DNA of 64,000 nucleotides from an uncultured Candidatus Rokubacteria bacterium (lineage in GTDB: Bacteria > Methylomirabilota > Methylomirabilia > Rokubacteriales > CSP1-6). Position 1 is the stretch's first letter. Each line of letters opens with the position of its first letter. The notes below the pieces were generated by a model that saw only the letters and a list, made by a program, of their open reading frames with translations, did not search any database and was not told where the DNA came from. A program made the position numbers and the translations under genes. Positions 39,823-49,481 of this stretch are shown here, one piece after another. The stretch lies in assembly GCA_963758635.1 (NCBI GenBank), contig CAVWWD010000005.1, forward strand, positions 160,001 to 224,000, written 5' to 3'.

Positions 39823-40830
39823 ATGTCGCGGGTGCCGGCGCGGGGGCTCGTCGAGCTGTCCGGGCGCGTCGCGGGGCGGCGCGTGGTCGTGGTCGGCGAC
39901 CTCATCGTCGACGAGTACCTCTACGGCAAGCCCGCGCGGATCTCCCGCGAGGCGCCGGTGCTCATCCTGCGCTTCACCGAGCGCGAGGTGAAGCTGGGCG
40001 GCGCCGCCAACGCCGCCCATAACGTGCAGGCGCTCGGCGCGGTCGCCATGCCGGTCGGCTGGGTGGGATCCGATGGCCCCGGGACCGACGTGAAGCGGCT
40101 GTTCGCCCAGGCGGGCATCGACCCGAGCGGCGTCGTCACCACCGAGGACCGCCCGACGCCAGTGAAGACGCGGATCATGGCCGGCGGCTACGAGTCCACG
40201 CGCCAGCAGGTGGTGCGGCTGGACCGCGAGCCGGAGGCCGCGCCGTCGCCCGACGCGGAGGACGCGCTGATCGAGCGGCTCCACGCGGTGGGCGTGGACG
40301 CCGACGCCTTCATCGTCTCGGACTACGGCTACGGCGCGGCGAGCCCGCGCGTCTTCGCCACCGTGCTCGAGCTGGCGCGGCGGCGCGACGCCATCGTCAC
40401 CGTGGACAGCCGCTACGACCTGCTGCGCTTCCCAGGCGTGACCGCGGCCACGCCCAACGAGCCGGAGGTGGAGGCGCTCACCGGCCAGGAGCTCGCCGAC
40501 GAGCACGACATCGAGAAGGCGGGGCGCCGGGTGCTCGGCGACCTCGGCGCGCGCTTTCTTCTGGTCACGCGCGGCAGCCGGGGCATGGCGCTCCTCGAGC
40601 GCGACGGGCCCGTCACGCTCCTGCCCATCCACGGGAGCGACCAGATCGCGGACGTGACGGGCGCCGGCGACACCGTGATCAGCGCGTTCACGGTGGCCCT
40701 CGCCTCGGGCGCGTCTCCGCTCCTGGCCGCCTGGCTGGCCAACATCGCCGGCGGCGTCGTGGTGATGAAACGCGGGACCGCGACCGTATCGCCGCACGAG
40801 CTCCGGCAGGCCCTGACCCCCCCGCGATGA
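39823..40830 (+). CDS. Heptose-7-phosphate kinase (HldE/RfaE kinase domain, stand-alone)
   Basis: [45 protein letters not shown] (PfkB family). Confidence 0.92.
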   Translation: MSRVPARGLVELSGRVAGRRVVVVGDLIVDEYLYGKPARISREAPVLILRFTEREVKLGGAANAAHNVQALGAVAMPVGWVGSDGPGTDVKRLFAQAGIDPSGVVTTEDRPTPVKTRIMAGGYESTRQQVVRLDREPEAAPSPDAEDALIERLHAVGVDADAFIVSDYGYGAASPRVFATVLELARRRDAIVTVDSRYDLLRFPGVTAATPNEPEVEALTGQELADEHDIEKAGRRVLGDLGARFLLVTRGSRGMALLERDGPVTLLPIHGSDQIADVTGAGDTVISAFTVALASGASPLLAAWLANIAGGVVVMKRGTATVSPHELRQALTPPR

Positions 40831-41303
40831 TCAATGTTGACGACGCCGTCCGCCTGGCCGAGTCGTGGCGCGGGCAGGGCAAGCGTGTCGTCCTCGCCAA
40901 CGGCTGCTTCGATCTCCTCCACGTGGGGCATGTCCGCTACCTCGAAGGCGCGCGGGCGCTCGGCGACGTCCTCCTCGTGGCGATCAATGACGACGCCTCG
41001 GTGCGCCGCCTGAAGGGACCGGGCCGGCCGATCATGCCCGCGGTCGAGCGGGCGGAGCTGCTCGCCGCGCTCACCGTGGTCGACGCCGTCTGCGTCTTCG
41101 AGGGCGACACGGTGGACACGCTCGTGCGCCGGCTCCGGCCCGACGTGCACGCCAAGGGCACCGACTACACGGAGGACAGCGTGCCCGAGCGGGAGACCGT
41201 CCGCGCCGCCGGCGGGCGGGTGGCGATCGCCGGCGACCCCAAGGACCACTCGACGCGCGACCTGATCGCCGACATCGTGGCGCGCTTCGGAGGCGACCGG
41301 TGA
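40827..41303 (+). CDS. Heptose-1-phosphate adenylyltransferase (HldE/RfaE domain II, stand-alone)
   Basis: [36 protein letters not shown]. Confidence 0.93.
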   Translation: MINVDDAVRLAESWRGQGKRVVLANGCFDLLHVGHVRYLEGARALGDVLLVAINDDASVRRLKGPGRPIMPAVERAELLAALTVVDAVCVFEGDTVDTLVRRLRPDVHAKGTDYTEDSVPERETVRAAGGRVAIAGDPKDHSTRDLIADIVARFGGDR

Positions 41304-42325
41304 CCGCGCGCCCGCTCCCGGACCGGCCGCGGATCGCCATCGTGAAGCTCTCCGCGCTCGGCGACGTGATCCACGCGCTTCCGGTGGCCCGGGCTCTCCG
41401 CCGCCATCTCCCCGGGGCGTGGCTCACGTGGATCGTGGAGGCGCGCGAGCTCGCGCTCATCCGCGATCACCCCGACATCGATCGCGTGCTCCCGGTGGAC
41501 ACCCGGCGGTGGCGCCGGGTCCTGTGGCGGCCGGCCGGCGCGCGCGAGGTGTGGGGCAAGCTCGGGCGGCTCCGCGCCCGCGCGAGCCGCTTCGACGTCA
41601 CCATCGACCTGCAGGGCGTGCTCAAGAGCGGGCTCCTCACCGGCTACACGGGCGCGCCGCTGCGCATCGGGTTCGCCCGCTCGCACTGCCGCGACCTGAG
41701 CTGGCTCTTCACCAATCGCCACGTGACGCCGCCCGCCGACGCCGTCCACGTGGTGGACCAGTACCTCTCGCTCCTGGCCCCGCTCGGCGTGCCGCGCGCC
41801 GCGCCCGAGTTCGAGATCCCGCGACGCCCCGCCGCCGACCGGACCATCGGCGAGTTCCTCGGCGAGCGCGGCTTCAAGTCCAGCGATCGCATCGTCGCGC
41901 TCAACCCCGGCGCGGGCCGCCCGGGCAAGCGCTGGCCCGTGGCGCACTTCCGGCGGCTCGCCGAGCGGCTCGGGACGGAGGCGGAGGCGCGGGTGCTCCT
42001 CCTGTGGGGCCCGGACGAGATCCACATGGCGCGCCAGATCGGCGAGGGCCTCTCCGTGCGGCCGGTGCTCGCGCCCCCGACCGACCTCGACGAGCTCGCC
42101 GCGCTCCTCCGGCGCTGCTCGCTGATGGTGGCGGGCGACACGGGTCCGCTCCACCTGTCCGCCGCGGTGGGCACGCCCACGCTCGGCCTCTTCGGCCCCA
42201 CGCGCGCCGAGCGCAACGGCCCCTACGGCGCGCGCTGCACGGGGCTCCAGAGCGCGGACGGGACCATGAACGGTCTCGGTCCCGACGCGGTGTTCGAGGC
42301 GGCGTGCCGGCTCCTGCCCACGTGA
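41300..42325 (+). CDS. waaC: LPS heptosyltransferase I (GT9)
   Basis: [47 protein letters not shown]. Confidence 0.9.
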   Translation: MTARPLPDRPRIAIVKLSALGDVIHALPVARALRRHLPGAWLTWIVEARELALIRDHPDIDRVLPVDTRRWRRVLWRPAGAREVWGKLGRLRARASRFDVTIDLQGVLKSGLLTGYTGAPLRIGFARSHCRDLSWLFTNRHVTPPADAVHVVDQYLSLLAPLGVPRAAPEFEIPRRPAADRTIGEFLGERGFKSSDRIVALNPGAGRPGKRWPVAHFRRLAERLGTEAEARVLLLWGPDEIHMARQIGEGLSVRPVLAPPTDLDELAALLRRCSLMVAGDTGPLHLSAAVGTPTLGLFGPTRAERNGPYGARCTGLQSADGTMNGLGPDAVFEAACRLLPT

Positions 42326-43089
42326 CCCGCCTGTCGGTGACCGTGGTGACGTGGAACGAGGAGTCGCGGCTGCGCGCCTGCCTCGAGAGCGCGGCGTGGG
42401 CCGACGAGATCGTCGTGGTCGACGCGGAGTCCACGGACAAGACGGTGGCGGTGGCCCGCGAGTTCACCGACCGGATCTGGGTGCGCCCGTGGCCGGGCTT
42501 CGTCGCCCAGAAGAACTTCGCGGTGGAGCACGCGGCGGGGGACTGGGTGCTGTCGCTCGACGCCGACGAGCAGGTCACGCCCGAGCTCCGCCGGCGCGTC
42601 ACGGAGATCCTCGACGCCGACGGCCCGGGCGATGGGTACTCGGTGCCGCGCCGGAACATCTTCTGGGGCGCGTGGGTGCGCCACGGCGGCCTCTATCCCG
42701 ACCACCAGCTCCGGCTCTTCCGTCGCCGGGCCGGGCGGTTCGCGGGCGACGGCGTGCACGAGTCGGTGCAGGTGGACGGCCGCGTGGAGCGCGTGTCCGA
42801 GCCGCTGCTCCACCACTCCTACCGCGGGCTCGAGGACTTCGTGGAGCGCTCGAACCGCTACTCCACGCTCGCCGCGCGCGACTGGGTCCGCCGCGGCCGG
42901 CGCGTGCGGCTCGGCCACCTCATCTTCCGGCCGCTCGGCCGCTTCCTGTCGATGTACATTATCCGCCTGGGCTTCCTGGACGGCTGGCGCGGTCTCGTGC
43001 TCGCCATCCTCTACGCCGACTACGTCTTCCTGCGCATGGCCAAGGCCTGGGAGAGTCAGAGCGCCACCATGGACACGAGCGAGCGATGA
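42322..43089 (+). CDS. Glycosyltransferase family 2 (KdtX/WaaE-like)
   Basis: WNEE, VVDAESTD.T, QKNFA, WVLSLDADE, VHE, LGFLDGWRG. Confidence 0.9.
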   Translation: MTRLSVTVVTWNEESRLRACLESAAWADEIVVVDAESTDKTVAVAREFTDRIWVRPWPGFVAQKNFAVEHAAGDWVLSLDADEQVTPELRRRVTEILDADGPGDGYSVPRRNIFWGAWVRHGGLYPDHQLRLFRRRAGRFAGDGVHESVQVDGRVERVSEPLLHHSYRGLEDFVERSNRYSTLAARDWVRRGRRVRLGHLIFRPLGRFLSMYIIRLGFLDGWRGLVLAILYADYVFLRMAKAWESQSATMDTSER

Positions 43090-44072
43090 CCAGAGAGCGC
43101 GTGCTGTCGGGGATGCGGCCGACGGGCAAGCTGCACCTGGGGAACCACCTGGGCGCGCTGGAGAACTGGGTGAAGCTCCAGACGGACTACGAGTGCTTCT
43201 ACTTCGTGGCCGACTGGCACGCGCTCACCACGGACCCGGGCAACAGCGTGCAGGCCCCCGAGGCCACGATCGAGATGGCCGCGGACTGGCTCGGCGCCGG
43301 CCTGGACCCGGAGCGCTCCACGCTGTTCATCCAGTCGCTGGTGCCGGAGCACGCCGAGCTCCACCTCCTGTTCTCGATGGCCACGCCGGTGAGCTGGCTC
43401 GAGCGCGTGCCGACGTACAAGGAGATGGTGGACGAGCTCGGGCTCGAGTCGCCGTCCTACGGTCTGCTCGGCTACCCGCTGCTCCAGTCCGCCGACATCC
43501 TCATGTACAAGGCGCAGTGGGTGCCGGTCGGCGTGGACCAGGTGCCGCACGTCGAGCTCACGCGCGAGGTGGCCCGTCGCTTCAACAGCACGTGGAAGCC
43601 GGTCTTCCCGGAGCCGCAGGCCAAGCTGACCCAGATCCCGAAGGTCCCGGGCACCGACGGCCGCAAGATGTCGAAGAGCTACGACAACGCCATCTACCTG
43701 TCCGATTCCGCGGAGGTCATCACCGCGAAGGTGCGGCCGATGATCACCGACCCCGCCCGCAAGCGGCGGAGCGATCCCGGCAACCCCGACGTGTGCCCGG
43801 TGTTCGACCTCCATCGCATCTTCACGCCGGCGGCGGCGCGGGAGAGCTGCGCGACCGGCTGTCGCACCGCGGGCATCGGCTGCCTCGACTGCAAGGGCGT
43901 GCTGCTGACCCACATGCTCCCGCCCCTCGGCGAGATCCGCGAGCGCCGCGAGCGCTTCGCCGCGCGCCCGGCCGAGCTGGTCGAGGTGCTCCACGAGGGA
44001 TCGCGGCGGGCGCGCGAGACGGCCCGCCGCACGATGCAGGAGGTCCGCGACGCGGTGAGGCTGACGCCGTGA
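43086..44072 (+). CDS. trpS: Tryptophan--tRNA ligase
   Basis: SGMRPTGKLHLGN, YPLLQSADI, VPVGVDQ.PH.E, KMSKS. Confidence 0.97.
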   Translation: MTRERVLSGMRPTGKLHLGNHLGALENWVKLQTDYECFYFVADWHALTTDPGNSVQAPEATIEMAADWLGAGLDPERSTLFIQSLVPEHAELHLLFSMATPVSWLERVPTYKEMVDELGLESPSYGLLGYPLLQSADILMYKAQWVPVGVDQVPHVELTREVARRFNSTWKPVFPEPQAKLTQIPKVPGTDGRKMSKSYDNAIYLSDSAEVITAKVRPMITDPARKRRSDPGNPDVCPVFDLHRIFTPAAARESCATGCRTAGIGCLDCKGVLLTHMLPPLGEIRERRERFAARPAELVEVLHEGSRRARETARRTMQEVRDAVRLTP

Positions 44073-44105
44073 TCGTGGCGAGGGTGACGTGGTGAGGCGG
44101 CCGTC

Positions 44106-44912
44106 GTGACGAGCGCCAGCGGCGGGGTCGTGGGGGACGTCGCCCCGCCGGGCCTCACCGTCCGCGTCGAGTCCTTCGTCGGTCCCCTCGACCTGCTCCT
44201 GCACCTCTGCCGCACCAACGAGCTGGACCTGGCGCGCCTGCCCATCCGCACCGTGACCGACCAGTACCTCTCGCACCTCGAGGCCGTGCAGTTCCAGGAC
44301 CTCGAGACGGCCGGGTCGTTCATGGTGATGGCGGCGACGCTCATCTACCTCAAGTCCAAGCTCCTGCTTCCGCCCGACGGCACGGAGACCGACGACCTCG
44401 ACGAGGAGGGCGAGCAGCTCCGCCAGGAGCTCGCCGACCGCCTCCAGGAGTACGCGCGCGTCAAGGCCCTCGGCGCGTGGCTCGGGGTGCGCGAGGCCGA
44501 GCAGGCGCTGATCTTCGGGCGCACCACGAGCGAGCTGCCGCCGCCGGAGGACGTGCCGCTCGAGGACCTGTCCGTCCACCTTCTCCAGCGCGCGATGAAC
44601 CGGCTGATCGACGACCAGCGCCGGCAGGCGCCGCGGGAAGTCGAGCCGAACCCGATCTCGGTTGTCGAGCGCATGGGGGAGATCCTCGACCTGCTGCGCA
44701 GCACGTGGTCGCTCCTGTTCGCCTCCGTCGCGGGCGCGGAGCGGGTGCGCGGGGAGTGGATCGTGACCCTGCTCGCGCTCCTCGAGCTGGTGCGCCTCGG
44801 GCAGGCGCGCGCGCGGCAGGCCGAGCTGTTCGGCGACATCGTCATCGAGCGCGGGGCCGACGAGCTGATCGGCCGCGCAGAGCTCAGGGAGCGAGGGGAC
44901 CTCGGCGCATGA
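44106..44912 (+). CDS. scpA: Segregation/condensation protein A (kleisin)
   Basis: FVGPLDLLLHL, FMVMAATLIYLKSKLLLP, TLLALLELVR..QAELFGDI. Confidence 0.95.
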   Translation: MTSASGGVVGDVAPPGLTVRVESFVGPLDLLLHLCRTNELDLARLPIRTVTDQYLSHLEAVQFQDLETAGSFMVMAATLIYLKSKLLLPPDGTETDDLDEEGEQLRQELADRLQEYARVKALGAWLGVREAEQALIFGRTTSELPPPEDVPLEDLSVHLLQRAMNRLIDDQRRQAPREVEPNPISVVERMGEILDLLRSTWSLLFASVAGAERVRGEWIVTLLALLELVRLGQARARQAELFGDIVIERGADELIGRAELRERGDLGA

Positions 44913-45688
44913 GCGTGACGTTTCCGTCGTCCGGTCCGTCGGTGAACGTCGTGGAGGCGCTCCTCTTCGCCTCCGAGGCGCCCGTGGAAGCCGAGCGCCT
45001 CCAGGAGGTCCTGGGGCTCGGCACGCCCACCGAGGCGCGTGAGCTCGTGGAGGCGCTGCGGCGGGAGCTCGAGGGCGCGGGCCGCGCGCTCCAGGTGGTG
45101 GAGGTGGGCGGCGGCTTCCGGCTCGTGACCCGCCCCGAGGTCGCGCCCTGGCTGGTCAAGCTCGCGCGGAGCCGCACGCGATCGCGCCTGTCGCGCCCGG
45201 CGCTGGAGACGCTCGCCATCATCGCGTACCGCCAGCCCGTGTCGCGGCCCGAGGTGGACGCCGTGCGCGGCGTGAACTCCGAGGGCGTCCTCGACAACCT
45301 CCTCGAGCGGCGCATGATCCGTATCAGCGGGCGCAAGGACTCGCCGGGCCGGCCGTTCCTCTACGAGACCACGCGCGAGTTCCTCGTGGCCTTCGGCCTG
45401 CGCGACATCTCCGAGCTGCCACAGGTGGACGGGGAGCTGGTCATCCCCGAGACCGCCGCGGCCGCCGCCCAGGGCGAGCTCGAGGCCGAGCCGGGCGCGG
45501 ACACGCCGGCGGGCGACGGCGCCGCGGGGGACGCGGCCGAGGACGCCCGCGCCGCCGCGCCGGAGGCTTCGCGGAGCGGGGGCGACAACGCCAGTGAAGG
45601 TCAGACGCAGCACGGCGACAATCCCCGTGAAGGTCAGACTCAGCAAGATCCTGGCTCAGGCGGGCCTGACGTCGCGGCGCGGGGCTGA
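44909..45688 (+). CDS. scpB: Segregation/condensation protein B
   Basis: VEALLFAS, LSRPALETLAIIAYRQPVSR, PGRPFLYETT..FL..FGL; acidic low-complexity tail overlaps rluB. Confidence 0.95.
   Translation: MSVTFPSSGPSVNVVEALLFASEAPVEAERLQEVLGLGTPTEARELVEALRRELEGAGRALQVVEVGGGFRLVTRPEVAPWLVKLARSRTRSRLSRPALETLAIIAYRQPVSRPEVDAVRGVNSEGVLDNLLERRMIRISGRKDSPGRPFLYETTREFLVAFGLRDISELPQVDGELVIPETAAAAAQGELEAEPGADTPAGDGAAGDAAEDARAAAPEASRSGGDNASEGQTQHGDNPREGQTQQDPGSGGPDVAARG
45581..45646 (+). repeat. 33-bp tandem duplication (2 copies, 28/33 identical)
   Basis: GGCGACAACGCCAGTGAAGGTCAGACGCAGCAC followed by GGCGACAATCCCCGTGAAGGTCAGACTCAGCAA. Confidence 0.9.
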
Positions 45689-46385
45689 GGACTTCCTCCG
45701 CGAGGGCCGGGTCACCGTCAACGGCGTGGTGCGCGTGGAGCCGGGGGCGCAGGCCGACCCCGCCTCCGACGCGATCACGGTGGACGGACGCCCGCTGGCC
45801 GCGCGCGAGCCGCTCGCCTACGTGCTCCTCCACAAGCCACGCGGCTACGTCACGAGCCTCCGCGACCCCGAGGGGCGCCCGCTGGTCGTCGACCTCCTGC
45901 CCGGCGGCCTGCCGCGGGTGTTCCCGGTCGGACGGCTCGACTACGAGACCGAGGGCCTGCTGATCCTGACCAACGACGGCGACCTCGGCAACCGCCTCCT
46001 GCATCCACGCTACGAGATCGAGCGCGAGTACGAGGCGGAGGTGGAAGGTCGCGTCGCCGCCGCCGACCTGCCGCGCTGGCGGCGCGGCGTGACGCTCGCC
46101 GACGGACCCGCCGTGCCCGTGGACGTGCGCGTGCTCCGCCCGGGCGAGCGCACGACGTGGCTGACCGTGGTGCTGACGGAGGGACGCAACCGCGAGGTCC
46201 GCCGCTACTGCCAGGCCATGGGGCATCGGGTGGTACGGCTCAAGCGGGTGAGGTTCGGGCCGATCCCGCTGGGCCGGTTGCGCGCCGGGGCGAGCCGGCC
46301 GCTGACCGGGGCGGAAGTGGCGCGCTTGAAGCGCTTGCACGGGGGGGACCGGGCTCCTATAATGCGCCAGTTACCGAACCGGTAG
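45627..46385 (+). CDS. rluB: rRNA pseudouridine synthase, RluB/RsuA family
   Basis: S4 domain VRLSKILAQAG..SRR, HKPRGYVTS, PVGRLDYETEGLL.LTNDG, EGRNREVRR. Alternative in-frame GTG at 45594. Confidence 0.92.
   Translation: MKVRLSKILAQAGLTSRRGAEDFLREGRVTVNGVVRVEPGAQADPASDAITVDGRPLAAREPLAYVLLHKPRGYVTSLRDPEGRPLVVDLLPGGLPRVFPVGRLDYETEGLLILTNDGDLGNRLLHPRYEIEREYEAEVEGRVAAADLPRWRRGVTLADGPAVPVDVRVLRPGERTTWLTVVLTEGRNREVRRYCQAMGHRVVRLKRVRFGPIPLGRLRAGASRPLTGAEVARLKRLHGGDRAPIMRQLPNR
46335..46363 (+). promoter_or_regulatory. Candidate sigma70 promoter for pheA, inside the rluB 3' end
   Basis: TTGCAC (46335-46340), 17-bp spacer, TATAAT (46358-46363); SD AGGAG precedes the pheA ATG. Confidence 0.7.
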
Positions 46386-46397
46386 GCAGGAGTCCCT

Positions 46398-47460
46398 ATG
46401 AACCTGGACGATTGGCGTTCCAGGATCAACGACCTCGACGAACAGATCCTCAACCTCCTCAATCAGCGCGCGCAGGCCGCCCTCCACATCGGCGAGCTCA
46501 AGAGGCAGCAGGACCTTCCTTACTTCGTCCCCGAGCGCGAGGCGCAGGTCTTCGCCCGCCTGGTCGCGCTCAACGCGGGGCCGCTGCCCGCCGAGGGCAT
46601 CCGCGCCATCTGGCGGGAGATCCTGTCCGCCGCGCTCGCCCTCGAGCACCCGCTGACCGTCGCGTTCCTCGGCCCGCCGGGCAGCTTCGGAAACCAGGCG
46701 GCCATGCAGCGCTTCGGCTCCTCGGCGCGCCTCGTCCCGGTCGTCACCAACGCCGCCATCTTCGACGAGGTCGAGCGCGGCCGCGCGGAGTTCGGCGTGG
46801 TCCCCGTGGAGAACTCCACCGAGGGCGCCGTCAACGTGACCCTCGACCGCCTGCTCGACTCGGACGTCCTGATCACCGGCGAGCTCACGCTCGACATCGC
46901 GCAGCACCTCATCTCGCGGGCCACGAGCCTCGACGAGATCAAGCTCGTGTGCTCGCATCCCCAGGGGCTGGCCCAGTGCCGCGAGTGGCTGGCCGCGCAC
47001 CTGCCGGACGTGCGCACCGAGGAGATGGCCTCGACGTCGGGCGCGGCCGAGCGGGCGGCCGCCGACGCCACCGTGGCGGGGATCGCCTCCGAGATGGCGG
47101 CGCGCATCCACGGCGCGCCCATCCTCCGTCACCGGATCGAGGACAACCCCTCCAACTCCACTCGTTTTCTCGTGATCGGCCGCCGGGCCATGTCGGCCAC
47201 CGGCCGGGACAAGACGTTCGATCGTGTTCTCGATGAAGAACGAGCCCGGCGTGCTCTACAGCATCCTCGCCCCCATCGCGGCGCGCCGGCTCAACCTCAC
47301 CAAGATCGAGTCGCGGCCGACGAAGCGCCGGCCCTGGGAGTACGTGAACTTCGTCGACTTCGAGGGTCATCGCGACACCGATGACGTGCGGGCCGTGCTC
47401 GAGGAGGTTCGGGAGCGCTGTCAGTTCCTGAAGATCCTCGGATCGTATCCGGCCGCCTGA
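46398..47460 (+). CDS. pheA: Chorismate mutase / prephenate dehydratase PheA (one +1 indel at ~47217)
   Basis: CM domain LDDWRSRINDLD, VPVENSTEG, SHPQGLAQC, NSTRFLVIG, ACT domain NLTKIESRP. Confidence 0.95.
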
Positions 47461-47471
47461 AGGAGCCTTCC

Positions 47472-48602
47472 ATGTCCGCGCCCTGGGAATCCCTCGCCAA
47501 CGACCACATTCTGGGGATTGCCCCCTACGAGCCGGGGAAGCCCATCGAGGAGCTGGAGCGGGAGCTGGGGATCGCCGACGCGATCAAGCTGGCCTCGAAC
47601 GAGAACCCGATGCCGCCGTCCGAGCGCGTGCAGAAGGCCATCATCGACGCGCTCCCGCACCTGAACCGCTACCCGGACGGCAGCGGCTACTACCTGCGCG
47701 ACGCCCTCGCGCGCCGGCACGGCGTCACCGCGGACCACGTCCTGCTCGGCAACGGGTCGAACGAGCTGATCGAGCTGCTCGTGCGCGCGTTCGTCAAGCC
47801 GGGCGACGAGGCGGTGGTGCCACACCCGTCGTTCGTGGTCTATCCCATGATCGTGCAGGCGGTGGGCGGCATCCGCGTGGTGGTGACGCTCAAGGACCAG
47901 CGGATCGACCTCGAGGGGATGGCGCGCGCGCTCACCCCGGACACCAAGATGGTGTTCATCGCCAACCCTAACAATCCCACCGCCACCATCGTCACCGCCG
48001 ACGAGGTCGAGCACTTCATGGCCCGCGTGCCCGACCGCGCCATCGTGGTGTTCGACGAGGCGTACTACGAGTTCGCGCAGGGGCCGGACTTCCCCGACAC
48101 GCTCCAGTACATGCGGCAGGGGCGGAAGGTCGTGGTGCTGCGCACCTTCTCGAAGGCGGCGAGCCTGGCCGGGCTGCGCGTCGGCTACGCCGTGGCCGAT
48201 CCGGACGCGGTGGCGCTGCTGAACCGGATCCGCGCCCCCTTCAACGTGAACTCGCTCGCCCAGGTCGCCGCGCTCGCCGCCCTCGAGGACGACGCGCACA
48301 CGCTGGAGTGCCTGCGCATCATCGAGGCCGGACGCCACTACCTCTACGACGAGCTCGCCTCGCTCGGGGTGAAGTACACGCCGTCGCGCGCCAACTTCAT
48401 CCTCGTCGACGTGGGGCGCAACGCCGCCGACATCTTCCAGCGGCTCCTCAAGGCAGGGGTCATCGTCCGCCCCATGACCAGCTTCGGGATGGAGAGCGCG
48501 CTACGCATCACCGTCGGCACGCCGGAGGAGAACCGCCGCCTCGTCAAGGCGCTGCGCCGCCTGCTCGCCGAGGGCGGCGCGGGCGAGGGCCGGCACCCGT
48601 GA
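47472..48602 (+). CDS. hisC: Histidinol-phosphate aminotransferase
   Basis: YEPGKP, KLASNENP, GNGSNELI, NPNNPT, DEAYYE, RTFSKA..LAGLRVG. Confidence 0.95.
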   Translation: MSAPWESLANDHILGIAPYEPGKPIEELERELGIADAIKLASNENPMPPSERVQKAIIDALPHLNRYPDGSGYYLRDALARRHGVTADHVLLGNGSNELIELLVRAFVKPGDEAVVPHPSFVVYPMIVQAVGGIRVVVTLKDQRIDLEGMARALTPDTKMVFIANPNNPTATIVTADEVEHFMARVPDRAIVVFDEAYYEFAQGPDFPDTLQYMRQGRKVVVLRTFSKAASLAGLRVGYAVADPDAVALLNRIRAPFNVNSLAQVAALAALEDDAHTLECLRIIEAGRHYLYDELASLGVKYTPSRANFILVDVGRNAADIFQRLLKAGVIVRPMTSFGMESALRITVGTPEENRRLVKALRRLLAEGGAGEGRHP

Positions 48603-49447
48603 TCGAACGCCTTGCCGTCGTCGGCCTGGGCCTCCTCGGCGGCTCGGTCGCGAAGGCCGCGCGGACGCGTGGGCTCGCGCGACGGATCGTGGGGGTGGCC
48701 CGCAACCCCGCCGCCCTCGAGGCGGCCCGCGACGACGGCACCGTGGACCTCCTGACCAGCGACCTCGGGCCGGGCCTCGCCGAGGCGGACCTCTGCGTGC
48801 TTGCGACGCCGGTGGCGGTGCTGGAGTCGATGCTCCCCGCGGTGTGGCAGGCCGCCGCGCCGCACGCGATGATCACCGACGTGGGCAGCACCAAGGCGCG
48901 CATCGTGGCGCGCGCCGACGCGCTGGCCGCCACCCGGCCGCTCCGGTTCGTCGGGTCGCACCCCATGGCGGGCTCCGAGCGCACCGGCTACGCGGTGGCG
49001 CGCGCGGACCTCTTCGAGGGCGCCACCGTGGTGCTCACGCCGAGCGCGCGAACCGACGCCGCCGCCCTCGCCCGGGTCGGCGAGTTCTGGCTGGCGACGG
49101 GCGCGCGGCTCGTCCGCCTCGATCCCGCGTCGCACGACCGGGCGGTGGCCGCGGTGAGCCATCTGCCCCACCTGGTGGCCGACGCCCTCGTGGACGCGGT
49201 GATCCGGATGGACCCCGCGTTCTTCGACATCGCCGGGCGCGGGCTCAAGGACACCACGCGCATCGCCGCGGCGAGCCCGCCGCTCTGGCGAGAGATCTTC
49301 CAGGACAACCGCGAGGCCCTGGGCGAGGCCCTCGGCGCGTTCCGCAAGGGGCTCGACCATCTCGAGGGGCTCCTCGCCGCGGGCGACGGCGCGGCGCTCG
49401 AGCAGGAGCTGGACCGCATCAAGCGCGCGCGGGAGCGGCTGGGTTGA
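48599..49447 (+). CDS. tyrA: Prephenate/arogenate dehydrogenase
   Basis: VVGLGLLGGS, TDVGSTK, HPMAGSE, HDRAVAAVSHLPH, DTTRIAA. Confidence 0.93.
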   Translation: MIERLAVVGLGLLGGSVAKAARTRGLARRIVGVARNPAALEAARDDGTVDLLTSDLGPGLAEADLCVLATPVAVLESMLPAVWQAAAPHAMITDVGSTKARIVARADALAATRPLRFVGSHPMAGSERTGYAVARADLFEGATVVLTPSARTDAAALARVGEFWLATGARLVRLDPASHDRAVAAVSHLPHLVADALVDAVIRMDPAFFDIAGRGLKDTTRIAAASPPLWREIFQDNREALGEALGAFRKGLDHLEGLLAAGDGAALEQELDRIKRARERLG

Positions 49448-49481
49448 GGCGGCCCGGCCACCGGGGGGCGGTCATTCCGGA

